This document shows positions 49,011 to 61,797 of a DNA stretch of 64,000 bases, piece after piece. Source of the stretch: Candidatus Saccharimonadota bacterium (GTDB taxonomy: Bacteria; Patescibacteriota; Saccharimonadia; Saccharimonadales; Saccharimonadaceae); assembly GCA_030528355.1 (NCBI GenBank), contig JAUMZA010000001.1:71177-135176 (forward strand). The letters run 5' to 3'. Numbering within the stretch: the stretch's first letter is position 1; the number at the start of each line of letters is the position of its first letter. Below the pieces are notes generated by a model, which saw only the letters and a list, made by a program, of their open reading frames with translations, was not told the DNA's origin and made no database searches. The translations under genes and the position numbers were made by a program.

Positions 49011-50123
49011 CTATTTTGCAAGCTGCTGAATCTGTGACATTTGCTGATGCTGCAAGGCAGCCTGCCTAAATATTCCGGTTACCTGCGAAAGGTCGGAAGC
49101 AATTGCAGAAAACGGCACGATATCTTCGGTTGGAATTGGCTCCGGCATAGCAGGTTGGTACGATAACTTTGCGGTAATATGCAGTGCAGATTCATGCTCT
49201 TTAGCAGAGGCAATCGAAACTGACTGCAACTCGTTAGCATCGGTAATCGCAAAGCGAATTGTAAAGGCCTCTGACTGTGCGGTGGTTGACTGTTGATTCT
49301 GCCGGGCAGCAGTCTGCTGCACAGCCTGTTTTTTACACGCCGCATGTGATGTATACAAATCTGATGATTGCAATGCACGAATAAACGATTCTAAAATACG
49401 AGCATCAAATCGCACTGCATAGGTAGTGGTTTCACTCTTCTTTTCGGTGTGCTTTACAAACATAAAGCGATGCTTTTTATATATATTAGCAAGCTGCTTT
49501 TTTGCTACTTCATCACGCTGCACCGCATGGAACATATTAGCAATACAGGTCATAGTACTAGTTGCATCGGTGTCATCACCACGTGGAATTGCAAGCCATT
49601 TACCTTGTATTTTACTAATTGCCTCATCGGCGTGTAATTTTGCTTCTGGGATCGCAGCCAGGAGTGATGTTGCGACACTGCCGAGTCCGTTTGCTTTAAT
49701 ATACATATCGCCCTTTGCCAACAAACCACGTACGTCCATGTCCGTTTTAATCGCAGATACACCCTTCGTTTCAATTGACCCGGCAAGCGACAGTCGATTC
49801 ATATCCACCAGCGAGGCCTTGCCATTAACTGAAACTGTTGCCTGTGGGCCAACTTGCGTAGTGGTAATATCGGCAGTAATATACTTTTTTGATAATGTCG
49901 CAAAAACTGATTCAATAATACGCTGCTCATCACGACCGCTGCCACGAGCAATCACGCTACCAAGATAAAACGCACCAGCCAGAATTACCACCCCGGCAAG
50001 CAAAAATATCACTCGCTGAGCTCTACCATTTATTACCTTTTTAATTTTATCTATCACACTTCCCTCCTTGTATAGATATTGTCTTAAAATTTTGAAAAGA
50101 ACTTTGTCTTCGCCTCTAGCCAA
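49011..50123 (-). CDS. Hypothetical membrane-anchored protein
   Basis: 370 aa with one N-terminal TM helix (VIFLLAGVVILAGAFYLGSVIA) and no recognisable motifs. Overlaps the murF 3' end by 40 nt. Confidence 0.5.
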   Translation of the reverse strand: MARGEDKVLFKILRQYLYKEGSVIDKIKKVINGRAQRVIFLLAGVVILAGAFYLGSVIARGSGRDEQRIIESVFATLSKKYITADITTTQVGPQATVSVNGKASLVDMNRLSLAGSIETKGVSAIKTDMDVRGLLAKGDMYIKANGLGSVATSLLAAIPEAKLHADEAISKIQGKWLAIPRGDDTDATSTMTCIANMFHAVQRDEVAKKQLANIYKKHRFMFVKHTEKKSETTTYAVRFDARILESFIRALQSSDLYTSHAACKKQAVQQTAARQNQQSTTAQSEAFTIRFAITDANELQSVSIASAKEHESALHITAKLSYQPAMPEPIPTEDIVPFSAIASDLSQVTGIFRQAALQHQQMSQIQQLAK

Positions 50124-51367
50124 GCTGGGTCTTGACGGACCAGCTTCTTCATATCATCGGTTGAACGAAGCATAATCTTTAGTGCCTCTTCTGCAAAAAT
50201 CCCCCCTTGAGAACCTTTTGCAAGCACCACCGCCCCTCGCTCGATTTTGCTATGAGCAAACGAACCCGCACTAATTGCATCAGGAAAGCTTCGCACAAAA
50301 CAACCATTTGCCAATGCTGCCGGCCCGGTGTATTTACCAGCCTCTTCGCCAATAGTAATAACCCAATCAATTTCACCGGCTCGACACAACTGTCCCAGCT
50401 TAGTGTGCTCATCTGCCGATACCGCACCGAGCTCATTCATGCTGCCAAGAATGGCGATTTTTTGCGGTGCCGATATGGCCGCCAGTGTACGAACTGCAGC
50501 TGCAGCAGCGGCAGGGCTTGAATTGTAAGTGTCATCAATGAGGATACTGTCCTTTACGCCAGGTAGAATATTCATCCTACCTGCAACAGGGCGAATCGCT
50601 TCAGCCCCACGCACAATCAACTCTGGCGCCATACCAAGCTGCATTGCTACCGCCACCGCACCAACAATTGGACGAAGATTATGTTCACCTACCACCTTTA
50701 GGGTAGCTGGCAAGCCGTCTGGAAAATCAGGTGCAATAAAATAGCCCTTATGTCCTTCTTGCAGCGAAAACTCAACGCTTTTGAAGGAGCATACGGCAAT
50801 ATCCTGGCTAGTACCATAGGTAAAGACTGCCGGATTAGTTAATACGCCAGCAAATTGCGGCGGAATATCATCGCAGTTAATGATCGCCATTTTACTAAAG
50901 TTCGCCACACTCAATTCTTCGGCCGCCACTGCATCGATTGTACCAAATGCTTCCATATGCTCTGGTGTAACACCGGTAACAAGCGAGATGTCTGGCTTCA
51001 AATATCGCCCAAAGGACTGCACATCACCCGGCTGGTCAGCCCCTAGCTCCTGAATAATAATGTCAACATCAGCCGGAGCGGCAATCCGCTGCTTTGCCTG
51101 CTTAAACACTCTTCGCCAGGCAAGTGGATTTTTAATATTAGACGGATACGGGATACCCAGTATTGCAAGCGGTGCACTGATTTCGGTATTATGGTTGCCC
51201 TCGTGCACATGCACCCGATACTGCTGGCGAAGCACTGTTGCAGCGGCCATCTTGGTACTGGTCTTCCCGACGCTACCCGTCACACAAACTAACTTCACTG
51301 TTGGGTGTGCAGCAAAATATTCAACCACATAGCGTTCTAGTTTTTTTTGAATATAGTTCTTAAACAT
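50084..51367 (-). CDS. murF: UDP-N-acetylmuramoyl-tripeptide--D-alanyl-D-alanine ligase
   Basis: Mur ligase motifs (VTGSVGKTSTK). Likely start ATG at 51367 with GGAG SD; the ORF track starts at 51391. Confidence 0.85.
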   Translation of the reverse strand: MFKNYIQKKLERYVVEYFAAHPTVKLVCVTGSVGKTSTKMAAATVLRQQYRVHVHEGNHNTEISAPLAILGIPYPSNIKNPLAWRRVFKQAKQRIAAPADVDIIIQELGADQPGDVQSFGRYLKPDISLVTGVTPEHMEAFGTIDAVAAEELSVANFSKMAIINCDDIPPQFAGVLTNPAVFTYGTSQDIAVCSFKSVEFSLQEGHKGYFIAPDFPDGLPATLKVVGEHNLRPIVGAVAVAMQLGMAPELIVRGAEAIRPVAGRMNILPGVKDSILIDDTYNSSPAAAAAAVRTLAAISAPQKIAILGSMNELGAVSADEHTKLGQLCRAGEIDWVITIGEEAGKYTGPAALANGCFVRSFPDAISAGSFAHSKIERGAVVLAKGSQGGIFAEEALKIMLRSTDDMKKLVRQDPAWLEAKTKFFSKF

Positions 51368-51514
51368 ACTTCTCCGCCACTGCCTGCGCATGCCACACTC
51401 ATGCCATAGTTAGTTATATAATCCTCTCGAAAGTATACCATACATAAGCAGTAAAGCTCAACCTATAGCAAAATACACCCCGTGCACCGCACAGCGTGTA
51501 TTCATTGTCTATCC

Positions 51515-51590
51515 TGGTGGAGCATGGCGGATTCGAACCGCCCACCTCTTCCATGCCATGGAAGCGCTCTACCAAATGAGCTAATACCCC
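51515..51590 (-). tRNA. tRNA-Ala (anticodon GGC)
   Basis: 76 nt: GGGGTATTAGCTCATTTGGTAGAGCGCTTCCATGGCATGGAAGAGGTGGGCGGTTCGAATCCGCCATGCTCCACCA. It has the G3:U70 pair, A73 and an encoded CCA. Confidence 0.9.
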
Positions 51591-51785
51591 ATATCTTTTT
51601 ATTATATCATATTTTAATTGCGGATGCAATCAGCATCATAAAAACAGAGCTGCTACGCGCCCACCCTGGGGTACTTTTTTGTGTTGATGATATGTTTGTG
51701 TTGATCAGTGCGGCAAAAAGGTAGCCCCAAAAGCGCACCAGCTCTATCTACAGTATGCACCTTTTTATAAAAAAACACAAGCACT

Positions 51786-52511
51786 TTATTTAATGCGATG
51801 ATACATTGGCAATACCCGGGCGGCAATCACGACTGCCAACACTACCGCAAAACCACACATAATTGATGGAATGCCTCGCATCGTCTCTGGATCAATCACA
51901 CTCACTAGTGTCGTTGGTACAATAAAACTTGCATAGCCAATAGTAAGCGCCCGGAGCGACGCCGCAATATGCGGAGCCGCCTGTCCCGCCAAGTGCAGAG
52001 CATAGCCAATAGCCGCCAAAAGCAACCCGTAATAATACAGTGCATACCAAATTGTCATATCTGGGTTTTGTTCAAAAATTACATAATTACCAAGGCAGAC
52101 ACCTGCAGTAACACCCTGAGCGGCAAACAAGAAAAAGCCAATAAAGATACCGCCTAGTATATAGGCACTACGGTACACCCATTGACGAGTATCGCCCGCA
52201 ATTGCAGCAATTAAATGCAGCCCGAGCGGCGGCAACAAGGTGATTGCTACATACCCGATTTTTGCCCACATAGTACCATCTATCACACCGACCGGTTCGC
52301 ACACAAAGTATTCTGCAAACTGAAACGCCGCCAAACACACTAGCACTGCCACGGCCAAACGAGTAACCCGTGAAAGTTTGTATTTCCAAATGGTATATGC
52401 CGCTAAAATCACTTCGATTGCAAAGGTAAGAATCATCACAGGCGGAGAAAAACAATATAAAGATGGTCGTTTAAAATTTTTCATGCAGATACTAGTATAC
52501 CATTTTTGCAA
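51786..52511 (-). CDS. Hypothetical polytopic membrane protein
   Basis: 241 aa with 6-7 predicted TM helices. Confidence 0.5.
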   Translation of the reverse strand: MQKWYTSICMKNFKRPSLYCFSPPVMILTFAIEVILAAYTIWKYKLSRVTRLAVAVLVCLAAFQFAEYFVCEPVGVIDGTMWAKIGYVAITLLPPLGLHLIAAIAGDTRQWVYRSAYILGGIFIGFFLFAAQGVTAGVCLGNYVIFEQNPDMTIWYALYYYGLLLAAIGYALHLAGQAAPHIAASLRALTIGYASFIVPTTLVSVIDPETMRGIPSIMCGFAVVLAVVIAARVLPMYHRIK

Positions 52512-52556
52512 TCTGCTTGTATATATTTTCTACTAATAAAAAGTGTATACGACTCT

Positions 52557-55650
<3,094 letters not shown>

Positions 55651-55670
55651 ACTACCCTTTTGCTATATAG

Positions 55671-56555
55671 TTAAAATTTTTCTGCGTTTTTACGAAGCCG
55701 TGCAATCCGCTCTTCAAGCGGTGGATGCGTGCTAAACATACTGCTTAAAAAGCCAGACTTAAGCGGGTTATTGAAAAACAAATGTGCAGTTGCCGTATTT
55801 TGCTGCTGCATCGGCTGGCTGTGGGTACGTAATTTTTCAAGTGCACTCGCCAAGCCCTCTGGATAGCGAGTTGTCATTGCCCCAGTTGCATCTGCCAAAT
55901 ATTCTCGTTGACGACTTACCGCCATCTGCACCATGAATGCCGCAAACGGTGCCAGCACAATCAAAATAATCCCCACTACATATGCCGCCGGGTGCACATT
56001 GCGGTCGTTATCGCTAAAGAATAAGGTACGCAATGCAAGGTCCGACAACATGCCGATTGCACTCACCAGCCCAAAGGCAATCATCGACACCCGGATATCA
56101 TAATTCTTTACATGGGCAAGCTCATGGGCAATCACGCCTTCTAGCTCCCTGTCATCCATAATATCAAGCAAGCCGGTAGTAGCCGCAATCACCGCATGGT
56201 GCGGATCCCGCCCGGTAGCAAATGCGTTAGGGGCAGGGTCATTAATAATATAGACCTTTGGCATTGGCATACCTTCGGCAATGCATAGATTCTCTACCAT
56301 GCGGTACATGCGTGGATTATCTGATTTTTTAATCTCCTGTGCACCAGTTGCCATAACGGCAAGTTTTGATGCCAAAAAATACTGCACCAACGCATATACC
56401 AGCGAACCGCCCACTACCCATGGCACAATTCGAGTATTACCCTGCAGTGCACTGATAATGTAGCCAATACCACTAATTATGCCAACAAACACCGCCATGA
56501 TAATGACGGTGTTACGCTTGTTGGCTGCAATTGCATTATACATAGTTCGCAGCAA
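55671..56555 (-). CDS. htpX: Zinc metalloprotease HtpX (M48 family)
   Basis: HELAHVKN (the HExxH motif) within a membrane topology typical of HtpX. Confidence 0.85.
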   Translation of the reverse strand: MLRTMYNAIAANKRNTVIIMAVFVGIISGIGYIISALQGNTRIVPWVVGGSLVYALVQYFLASKLAVMATGAQEIKKSDNPRMYRMVENLCIAEGMPMPKVYIINDPAPNAFATGRDPHHAVIAATTGLLDIMDDRELEGVIAHELAHVKNYDIRVSMIAFGLVSAIGMLSDLALRTLFFSDNDRNVHPAAYVVGIILIVLAPFAAFMVQMAVSRQREYLADATGAMTTRYPEGLASALEKLRTHSQPMQQQNTATAHLFFNNPLKSGFLSSMFSTHPPLEERIARLRKNAEKF

Positions 56556-56562
56556 CCCTTAT

Positions 56563-57120
56563 TTAGAACTGTACATCAACTGGCTTTTCAACCGCTGCAC
56601 GATCTTCTACTTCAAAGAATTCACGCTCAGTAAAGCCAAGCATCCCTGCAAAAATATTGTTTGGGAATAGTTTAATCTTGGTGTTAAGATCACGCACGCC
56701 ACCATTATAGAAACGGCGAGCAGCCTGAATCTTATCTTCAGTATCTACCAGCTCATCTTGCAATTGGCTAAAGTTTTGGCTGGCTTTTAGGTCTGGGTAG
56801 GCTTCGGCCACGGCAAACAGGCTCTTTAGGGCACCTTCAAGCATATTTTCAGCTTCGGCAGTTTCTTTTACGCCCTTTGCATCCATTACCGCACTACGAG
56901 CTTTGGTAACTTCTTCAAACACACCACTTTCGTGCTTTGCGTAGCCTTTTACTGTATTTACTAGATTTGGTATTAAATCAGCACGACGCTTAAGCTGTAC
57001 GGTGATGTCACTCCAGGCTTCATCCACACGAATTTTTAGCGTGACAAGACCGTTGTACGTCACCCACAGAAACAGGCCAAGCACAGCAATAATGCCAAGA
57101 ATAACAAATAGTGCGATCAT
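56563..57120 (-). CDS. lemA: LemA-family protein
   Basis: 185 aa with an N-terminal TM helix and a LemA coiled domain; typically paired with htpX. Confidence 0.75.
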   Translation of the reverse strand: MIALFVILGIIAVLGLFLWVTYNGLVTLKIRVDEAWSDITVQLKRRADLIPNLVNTVKGYAKHESGVFEEVTKARSAVMDAKGVKETAEAENMLEGALKSLFAVAEAYPDLKASQNFSQLQDELVDTEDKIQAARRFYNGGVRDLNTKIKLFPNNIFAGMLGFTEREFFEVEDRAAVEKPVDVQF

Positions 57121-57186
57121 CTTCTATTTTCCTCCTCAGTTGAATAATCTACATATATTATTATAGCAAATTTTCACAAAAAGCCA

Positions 57187-57954
57187 CTACTTCTTATGCT
57201 TATCTTGCTGCAGCACACCCATGCCACGCACCGCATCGATCAGCTCAACCGGGAAGAGCATCATGGTTTTTTGTGATGGCTCGGTACTAATGCGTTCAAG
57301 CGTATTGAGCGTTCGCAAATTGAGTGCACCCGGAATGCCCGAAAGAATCGCCGCAGCGTCCGCCAGGGTTTGAGCAGCTAGCTTTTCACCATCAGCATTA
57401 ATGACGTTAGCACGGCGTTCACGCTCGGCTTCGGCTTGCTTGGCCATGGCACGCTTCATGTCGTTTGGTAGCTCAATATTTTGCAGTTTCACACTTTGGA
57501 TATCAACACCCCATTTGTCGGTTTCAGCATCAACAATTTCTTTAATTTGGCTTGAGATATCATCACGCTTGCTAAGCAAATCATCTAAATCAACCTGCCC
57601 GGCCACATCACGCAGCGCCGCCTGAGCAAACTGGCTGGTCGAGATAATATAATTGGCGTTTTCGAGCACCGACTTTGGTGCGTCCACCACCCGAAAATAC
57701 ACCACCGCATCAACGCCCACGGTTACGTTATCTTTAGTGATCACCTCTTGCTTTGGCACGTCGATTGGCGTGGTGCGGATATCTACCTTAATCATACGCT
57801 GAAACACCGGCACCACGATGCGAAGACCTGGCTCACGCACACCCGTAAAACGACCAAGTGTTAGCACAATGCCGCGCTCGTATTGATCCACCACCTTTAG
57901 GCCAGATAGTACAAACATCGCCACGGCAATTATAATTATCATAATAAACTCCAT
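57187..57954 (-). CDS. SPFH/band-7 (stomatin/prohibitin-like) protein
   Basis: N-terminal TM helix, then an SPFH domain with a coiled-coil Ala/Glu-rich segment. Confidence 0.85.
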   Translation of the reverse strand: MEFIMIIIIAVAMFVLSGLKVVDQYERGIVLTLGRFTGVREPGLRIVVPVFQRMIKVDIRTTPIDVPKQEVITKDNVTVGVDAVVYFRVVDAPKSVLENANYIISTSQFAQAALRDVAGQVDLDDLLSKRDDISSQIKEIVDAETDKWGVDIQSVKLQNIELPNDMKRAMAKQAEAERERRANVINADGEKLAAQTLADAAAILSGIPGALNLRTLNTLERISTEPSQKTMMLFPVELIDAVRGMGVLQQDKHKK

Positions 57955-58109
57955 ATATCCTCCTTGATTTTGGGTTGGTGTTATGATTTTAGTATAGCAT
58001 CTTCATCATATCATTTGCATCAGGAAGTCTTGCTTTTACTGCCGCACAAAGTATACTATTAATAGCTATGAGGCAACGATTTAGACGAAACTAATCCTTT
58101 CTCCTTTAC

Positions 58110-58182
58110 GCTCCTGTGGGGCGGATTCCCCGCTAGGCGTTCTAAGCCAAAGCTCCTGGTTCGACTCCAGGCAGGAGTGCCA
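58110..58182 (+). tRNA. Degenerate tRNA-like element (closest to tRNA-Arg, anticodon UCU) with intact T-arm, acceptor stem and CCA but a non-canonical D-arm and a mismatched anticodon stem; possible pseudo-tRNA
   Basis: GCTCCTGTGGGGCGGATTCCCCGCTAGGCGTTCTAAGCCAAAGCTCCTGGTTCGACTCCAGGCAGGAGTGCCA. The T-arm is CCTGG-TTCGACT-CCAGG; the acceptor pairs 7/7 with G1:U72; the D-stem is GGGG/CCCC with a 6-nt loop; the anticodon stem has an A:A mismatch. Confidence 0.4.
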
Positions 58183-58724
58183 TATGACTTTAGCTCAGCC
58201 TTGACAATTCGTGGGTAATTTGCTATATTGTTAGTACGATTCGTGGACTGTAATTGCCCCGTTTCGGACGTATATCCACTGGCAGCACTCGCTGTATTTG
58301 GACGGCCAGATGACGAATCATTAAAGTAGGTAACCACATTTAGTGCGTTGCCTTTTTTAATTACCTCGATAATAGCACTACACCGCCCTAATCGCTACAC
58401 CTCCAAGCTACCTGCACTGCAAAATAAAAAGTACACCACCTTGTGATATACTTCAATGAATCAGATTATGGTGTTGATATACACCAAAGCTTGAACCTAT
58501 TTCGCAAATACACGAAATAAACGCTACGATACAAGCCAACCCCAATGCCTACGAACAAACTCACATACCCACCCCACCAAAAACCCTTAAAATTATCTTT
58601 TTGAAATCCACCCTGCTCTATTTCTCCTTAACTGAAGTGGCGGATTTTCCGACAGTTTACCCGACACAGGCGGCAGCACCGTTGAGTCTTAAATAGGGCG
58701 GTCATAGGTCAAGTAGAAAAGTGA

Positions 58725-58730
58725 TATAAT
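58725..58730 (+). promoter_or_regulatory. Extended -10 (TGaTATAAT) 8 nt upstream of the ATPase ATG
   Basis: TGATATAAT at 58722..58730 and ATG at 58739. Confidence 0.4.
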
Positions 58731-58738
58731 ACACATCG

Positions 58739-60177
58739 ATGTATATTTCACAAATAAAACTTCATAATTTCAAGGGATTTAACGACGATCGCACAATCAA
58801 TTTTGACACTGGTATAAATTTCCTTGTAGGTGACAATAACTGCGGTAAGTCGACGGTATTTGAAGCTATTGATTTTATACGAGCCAAAAAGACCAGAGAC
58901 GAAGTAATAACGAAAACAAAGCTTGAGAGTGATGATTTTGTCTCAGTAGAAATAGAGCTCAAGGGCGATGACCTCGAAAAGCTTGTCGGAACCGACGCCT
59001 TGAAAAAGTACAAGCCCTATCTTATTGACACTGACGGATCTAAAAGCCTACGAATCATGCGCTCTAGTGAAGAGTCAAAAATAGCACAGAACAAAAGAGA
59101 GAAAACGCTAGGAATTGGTAATGTTCGAATATTTAACAACGAATCAAGCCAGTTCGAAAATCCAACAGGAATAGACACCGCAATAAACGCTTTATTCGAC
59201 GCACAGTTTGTTTGGGCCGACACAAACTCTGGTGATGTAGCAGATTTTTCAAAAACTAAGATATGTGGAAAAATTATCAACACTATAATTAGTGATAAGA
59301 TTTCTGATAGTTGGAATAATTTCAAAAAGTCACACAAAGACACTTTTGATAAGATTGCCGACAACTTAAGACCCATAGAAGAACAGATAAAAAGTAAACT
59401 ATCAGATCAGTATGGAGATACTGAGGTGAAGTTTAACTTTACGTTGCCAGAGATTACTGACTTTCTAAAATCAGGTCATATAGATTTGTCGGATAACGGT
59501 ATTCAGACGACGAGTTCAGAAAAAGGAACTGGCATGCAAAGAGCATTGGCGTTGTCACTAATTCAAGTTTATGCAGATATAACTTCTAGTGGAAGAGGAG
59601 ATATATCGAAGCCGATTATGTTTTTATCGATGAGCCCGAAACATTCTTGCACCCACGGGCACAGAATAGGCTCCTTGATTCACTTAAAAAGATAGCTAGC
59701 CAGTCACAGGTTTTTATTGTTACCCACTCACCATATCTTTTGAAAAAATACAAGAAAGACACCCACTCGTTGAATGTATTCTCAAAAAATGGCCTGTTCA
59801 ATAAAGTCGAAGAGAGTGACGCATTTGATTTGTTTGGATCATCAAGCCCAACTTGGGGCGAAATAAACTACTATGCTTTTGGTGTTATTTCTGTTGAGTT
59901 TCACAATGAACTCTACGGCTTTGTACAGACTAAGGCTATTCTTGAAAATGAAAAGAACTACTTTGAAGATAGCTTCGAACAGTATTTAGTCGGCAAGGGA
60001 GTAGCACAAGATAAGGCGTATGTTCGACTGAAGAAAGATGGAACAACCCAAAATCAAACAAGAACGCTGCCTACTTTGATTAGAAATACGATACATCACC
60101 CAGAAAACACGAACAACGGTTTTACTGATGAAGATCTGAAAAGCTCCATTGAGTTGTTAATTCCTCTCGCAAAATAG
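58739..60177 (+). pseudogene. OLD/AAA_21-family ABC-type ATPase with short C-terminal Toprim-like tail (putative anti-phage nuclease), interrupted by a frameshift in a T5 run (59621..59625)
   Basis: Walker A GDNNCGKST, ABC-like signature SSEKGTGMQRALALS and Walker B IMF[F]IDEPE. Frame 1 reads KPIMFLSMSPKH... and stops; frame 3 reads ...YVFIDEPETFLHPRAQNRLLDSLKK...VFIVTHSPYLL (H-loop). Adding one T to the T5 run restores IMFFIDEPE. The C-terminal 130 aa carry a V-E-F...E segment and a D-E-D segment compatible with a minimal Toprim. Confidence 0.65.
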
Positions 60178-60202
60178 TTGTTTATTTTTGGAAAATAAAC
60201 AA
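60178..60202. terminator. AT-rich perfect palindrome between convergent ATPase and restriction-modification operon
   Basis: TTGTTTATTTT-TGG-AAAATAAACAA. Confidence 0.4.
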
Positions 60203-60943
60203 ATGTTCGTGCATTATTAGTAAGAAATTGCTTTCTTGCGATTTTTTAACCCAAAAACCAGTTGCTTTGCAATTAAACTGTCGTTTGATGATATCTTCTT
60301 TGAGACGGAAACCAGTTTTCATAAACCGATCCATAACTTTATATGCCATCGGCTGATACATTTTGTTACGGCGCGTGTCACCGATAAGAATTGCACAATA
60401 TTTACCTTTTTTGAGGACTCGATACAGCTCTTTTGCAACTTTTTCCATTTCGTCGGCAAACTTGTCAATATCATGAATATTAGACAGATCGTTATCAAGC
60501 GTGCCCTCGCTGTATTTGATAATATCTGCATAGGGCGGGTGTGTCAAAATAAAGTCTATACTTTCGTCATTTGCCTTACTTAAATCACGAGCGTCACGCT
60601 TTACGACTTTTTGCCAAGCGTCGTTTTCCACCTCAAAATCAAGAGAGCTTCTCGTTCGCTCTAGTGCCTTATCATTTACGTCAGAACAAATGATATGACG
60701 GTTAAGTATTTTTGCTTCAATTGCGGTTGTGCCTCCACCGATCATCGGGTCAAGCAAAATGTCACCCTCGTTTGAATATCGCAAAATTAAGTTACGAACA
60801 ACCTCTGGCGACCAATTGCCACGCCAGTCCGATTTATGCGTTGCCCAATTACCGCGCCTAGGAAAAGCCCATACAGTCGTACATTCTAACTCAAACTCAT
60901 CCGGGTGTAACTTGTTTGCTTTTGCCTTATTTTTAGCTACCAC
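60182..60943 (-). CDS. DNA methyltransferase, N6A/N4C family (PF01555-like; DpnA-like second methylase)
   Basis: 253 aa with motif I HKSDWRGNWSPEVVRNLILRYSNEGDILLDPMIGGGTT and motif IV ILTHPPYADII. It is the last gene of the three-gene operon and overlaps the endonuclease gene by 7 nt. Confidence 0.7.
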   Translation of the reverse strand: MVAKNKAKANKLHPDEFELECTTVWAFPRRGNWATHKSDWRGNWSPEVVRNLILRYSNEGDILLDPMIGGGTTAIEAKILNRHIICSDVNDKALERTRSSLDFEVENDAWQKVVKRDARDLSKANDESIDFILTHPPYADIIKYSEGTLDNDLSNIHDIDKFADEMEKVAKELYRVLKKGKYCAILIGDTRRNKMYQPMAYKVMDRFMKTGFRLKEDIIKRQFNCKATGFWVKKSQESNFLLIMHEHLFIFQK

Positions 60944-61794
60944 GATAACTCGCTTAGCACTCCGTCTTCAAGCATACTCAGATTAAACACATAGTCATTG
61001 TGGCTATACGTTTCTTCAAGCGGTCGTCTTGCCGTATACCAACCAAGCCCGTCAGTAACCCACACAAACTCAATGTTCTGTGCTTTTAGCTCATCGTAAA
61101 GATTGCGAAACTCACCACAAACAGCCTTTAATTTTGAGCCGCCGCCATTATAAAAGTTAGTTTCAAACAATTTAATCTTTCCACTCTGTGGATTGTACAC
61201 GGCAAAATCAAAACTCCGCTCTGATTTGTCCACCTTAATATCAAAGCCCCATTTTGATTTAATTTTACTAGGACGAGCCTGTGACATGCACTCAAAACCA
61301 TTCCGCCTACAGAACTCCCCTAGAAATAAACCAACGATTTCTTCCATCAAAGTGCCACCACGATTTTTGCGACCATTACTATCAAGTCCAACTTCGACAC
61401 CAATAACGTAATCTACGAGATTTTTTATACCATCTCTCTGGAATAATTTCGCAAGTCCCGACTTATCTATAAACTCAAAGTACTTATCGGCATCATTGTT
61501 TTTACCAGAAAAATCATAAAATTCCGATTCTTTTGATACCTTGTCGTAAATTTCTAGATTATTTTCTCGTACAGCAAGCAATGCAGGCAGCACCTTTACG
61601 ATGTCTGGGTTAGACTCGTAAAGCTTATGGAAATCTCCTCGTAAATCGTCTTTACCGAGTAGATAATTCAATTTATTTAGGGCTATCTCTAAATCGGCAC
61701 TATTGGCAAAGACTTTATTCCAATTTACGAAATAATCCCAAGTTTTGATTGAACTTTTGAATGTTGATACTAAATCGTTAAAATCTCTTTTCAT
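60937..61794 (-). CDS. Type II restriction endonuclease, DpnII/MboI-like (predicted GATC)
   Basis: 285 aa, sandwiched between a Dam-family and an N6_N4-family methylase, with size and order as in DpnII/MboI-type GATC systems. Family call rests on context plus remembered family resemblance, not on a search. Confidence 0.6.
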   Translation of the reverse strand: MKRDFNDLVSTFKSSIKTWDYFVNWNKVFANSADLEIALNKLNYLLGKDDLRGDFHKLYESNPDIVKVLPALLAVRENNLEIYDKVSKESEFYDFSGKNNDADKYFEFIDKSGLAKLFQRDGIKNLVDYVIGVEVGLDSNGRKNRGGTLMEEIVGLFLGEFCRRNGFECMSQARPSKIKSKWGFDIKVDKSERSFDFAVYNPQSGKIKLFETNFYNGGGSKLKAVCGEFRNLYDELKAQNIEFVWVTDGLGWYTARRPLEETYSHNDYVFNLSMLEDGVLSELSW

Positions 61795-61797
61795 AAC

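Noticed and set aside
58059-58337. 92-aa minus-strand ORF from the track
   Set aside because: It overlaps the tRNA-like element and a non-coding spacer, its composition is low-complexity and it has no SD. It is treated as spurious.
58110-58340. Possible tmRNA (ssrA): a T-arm/acceptor/CCA module followed by non-coding sequence
   Set aside because: The acceptor 3:70 pair is U:A, not the G:U needed for alanylation. The 5' and 3' halves are contiguous (73 nt total) with no internal pseudoknot or tag-ORF region, and the downstream sequence shows no resume codon or tag ending in an Ala-Ala-type peptide.
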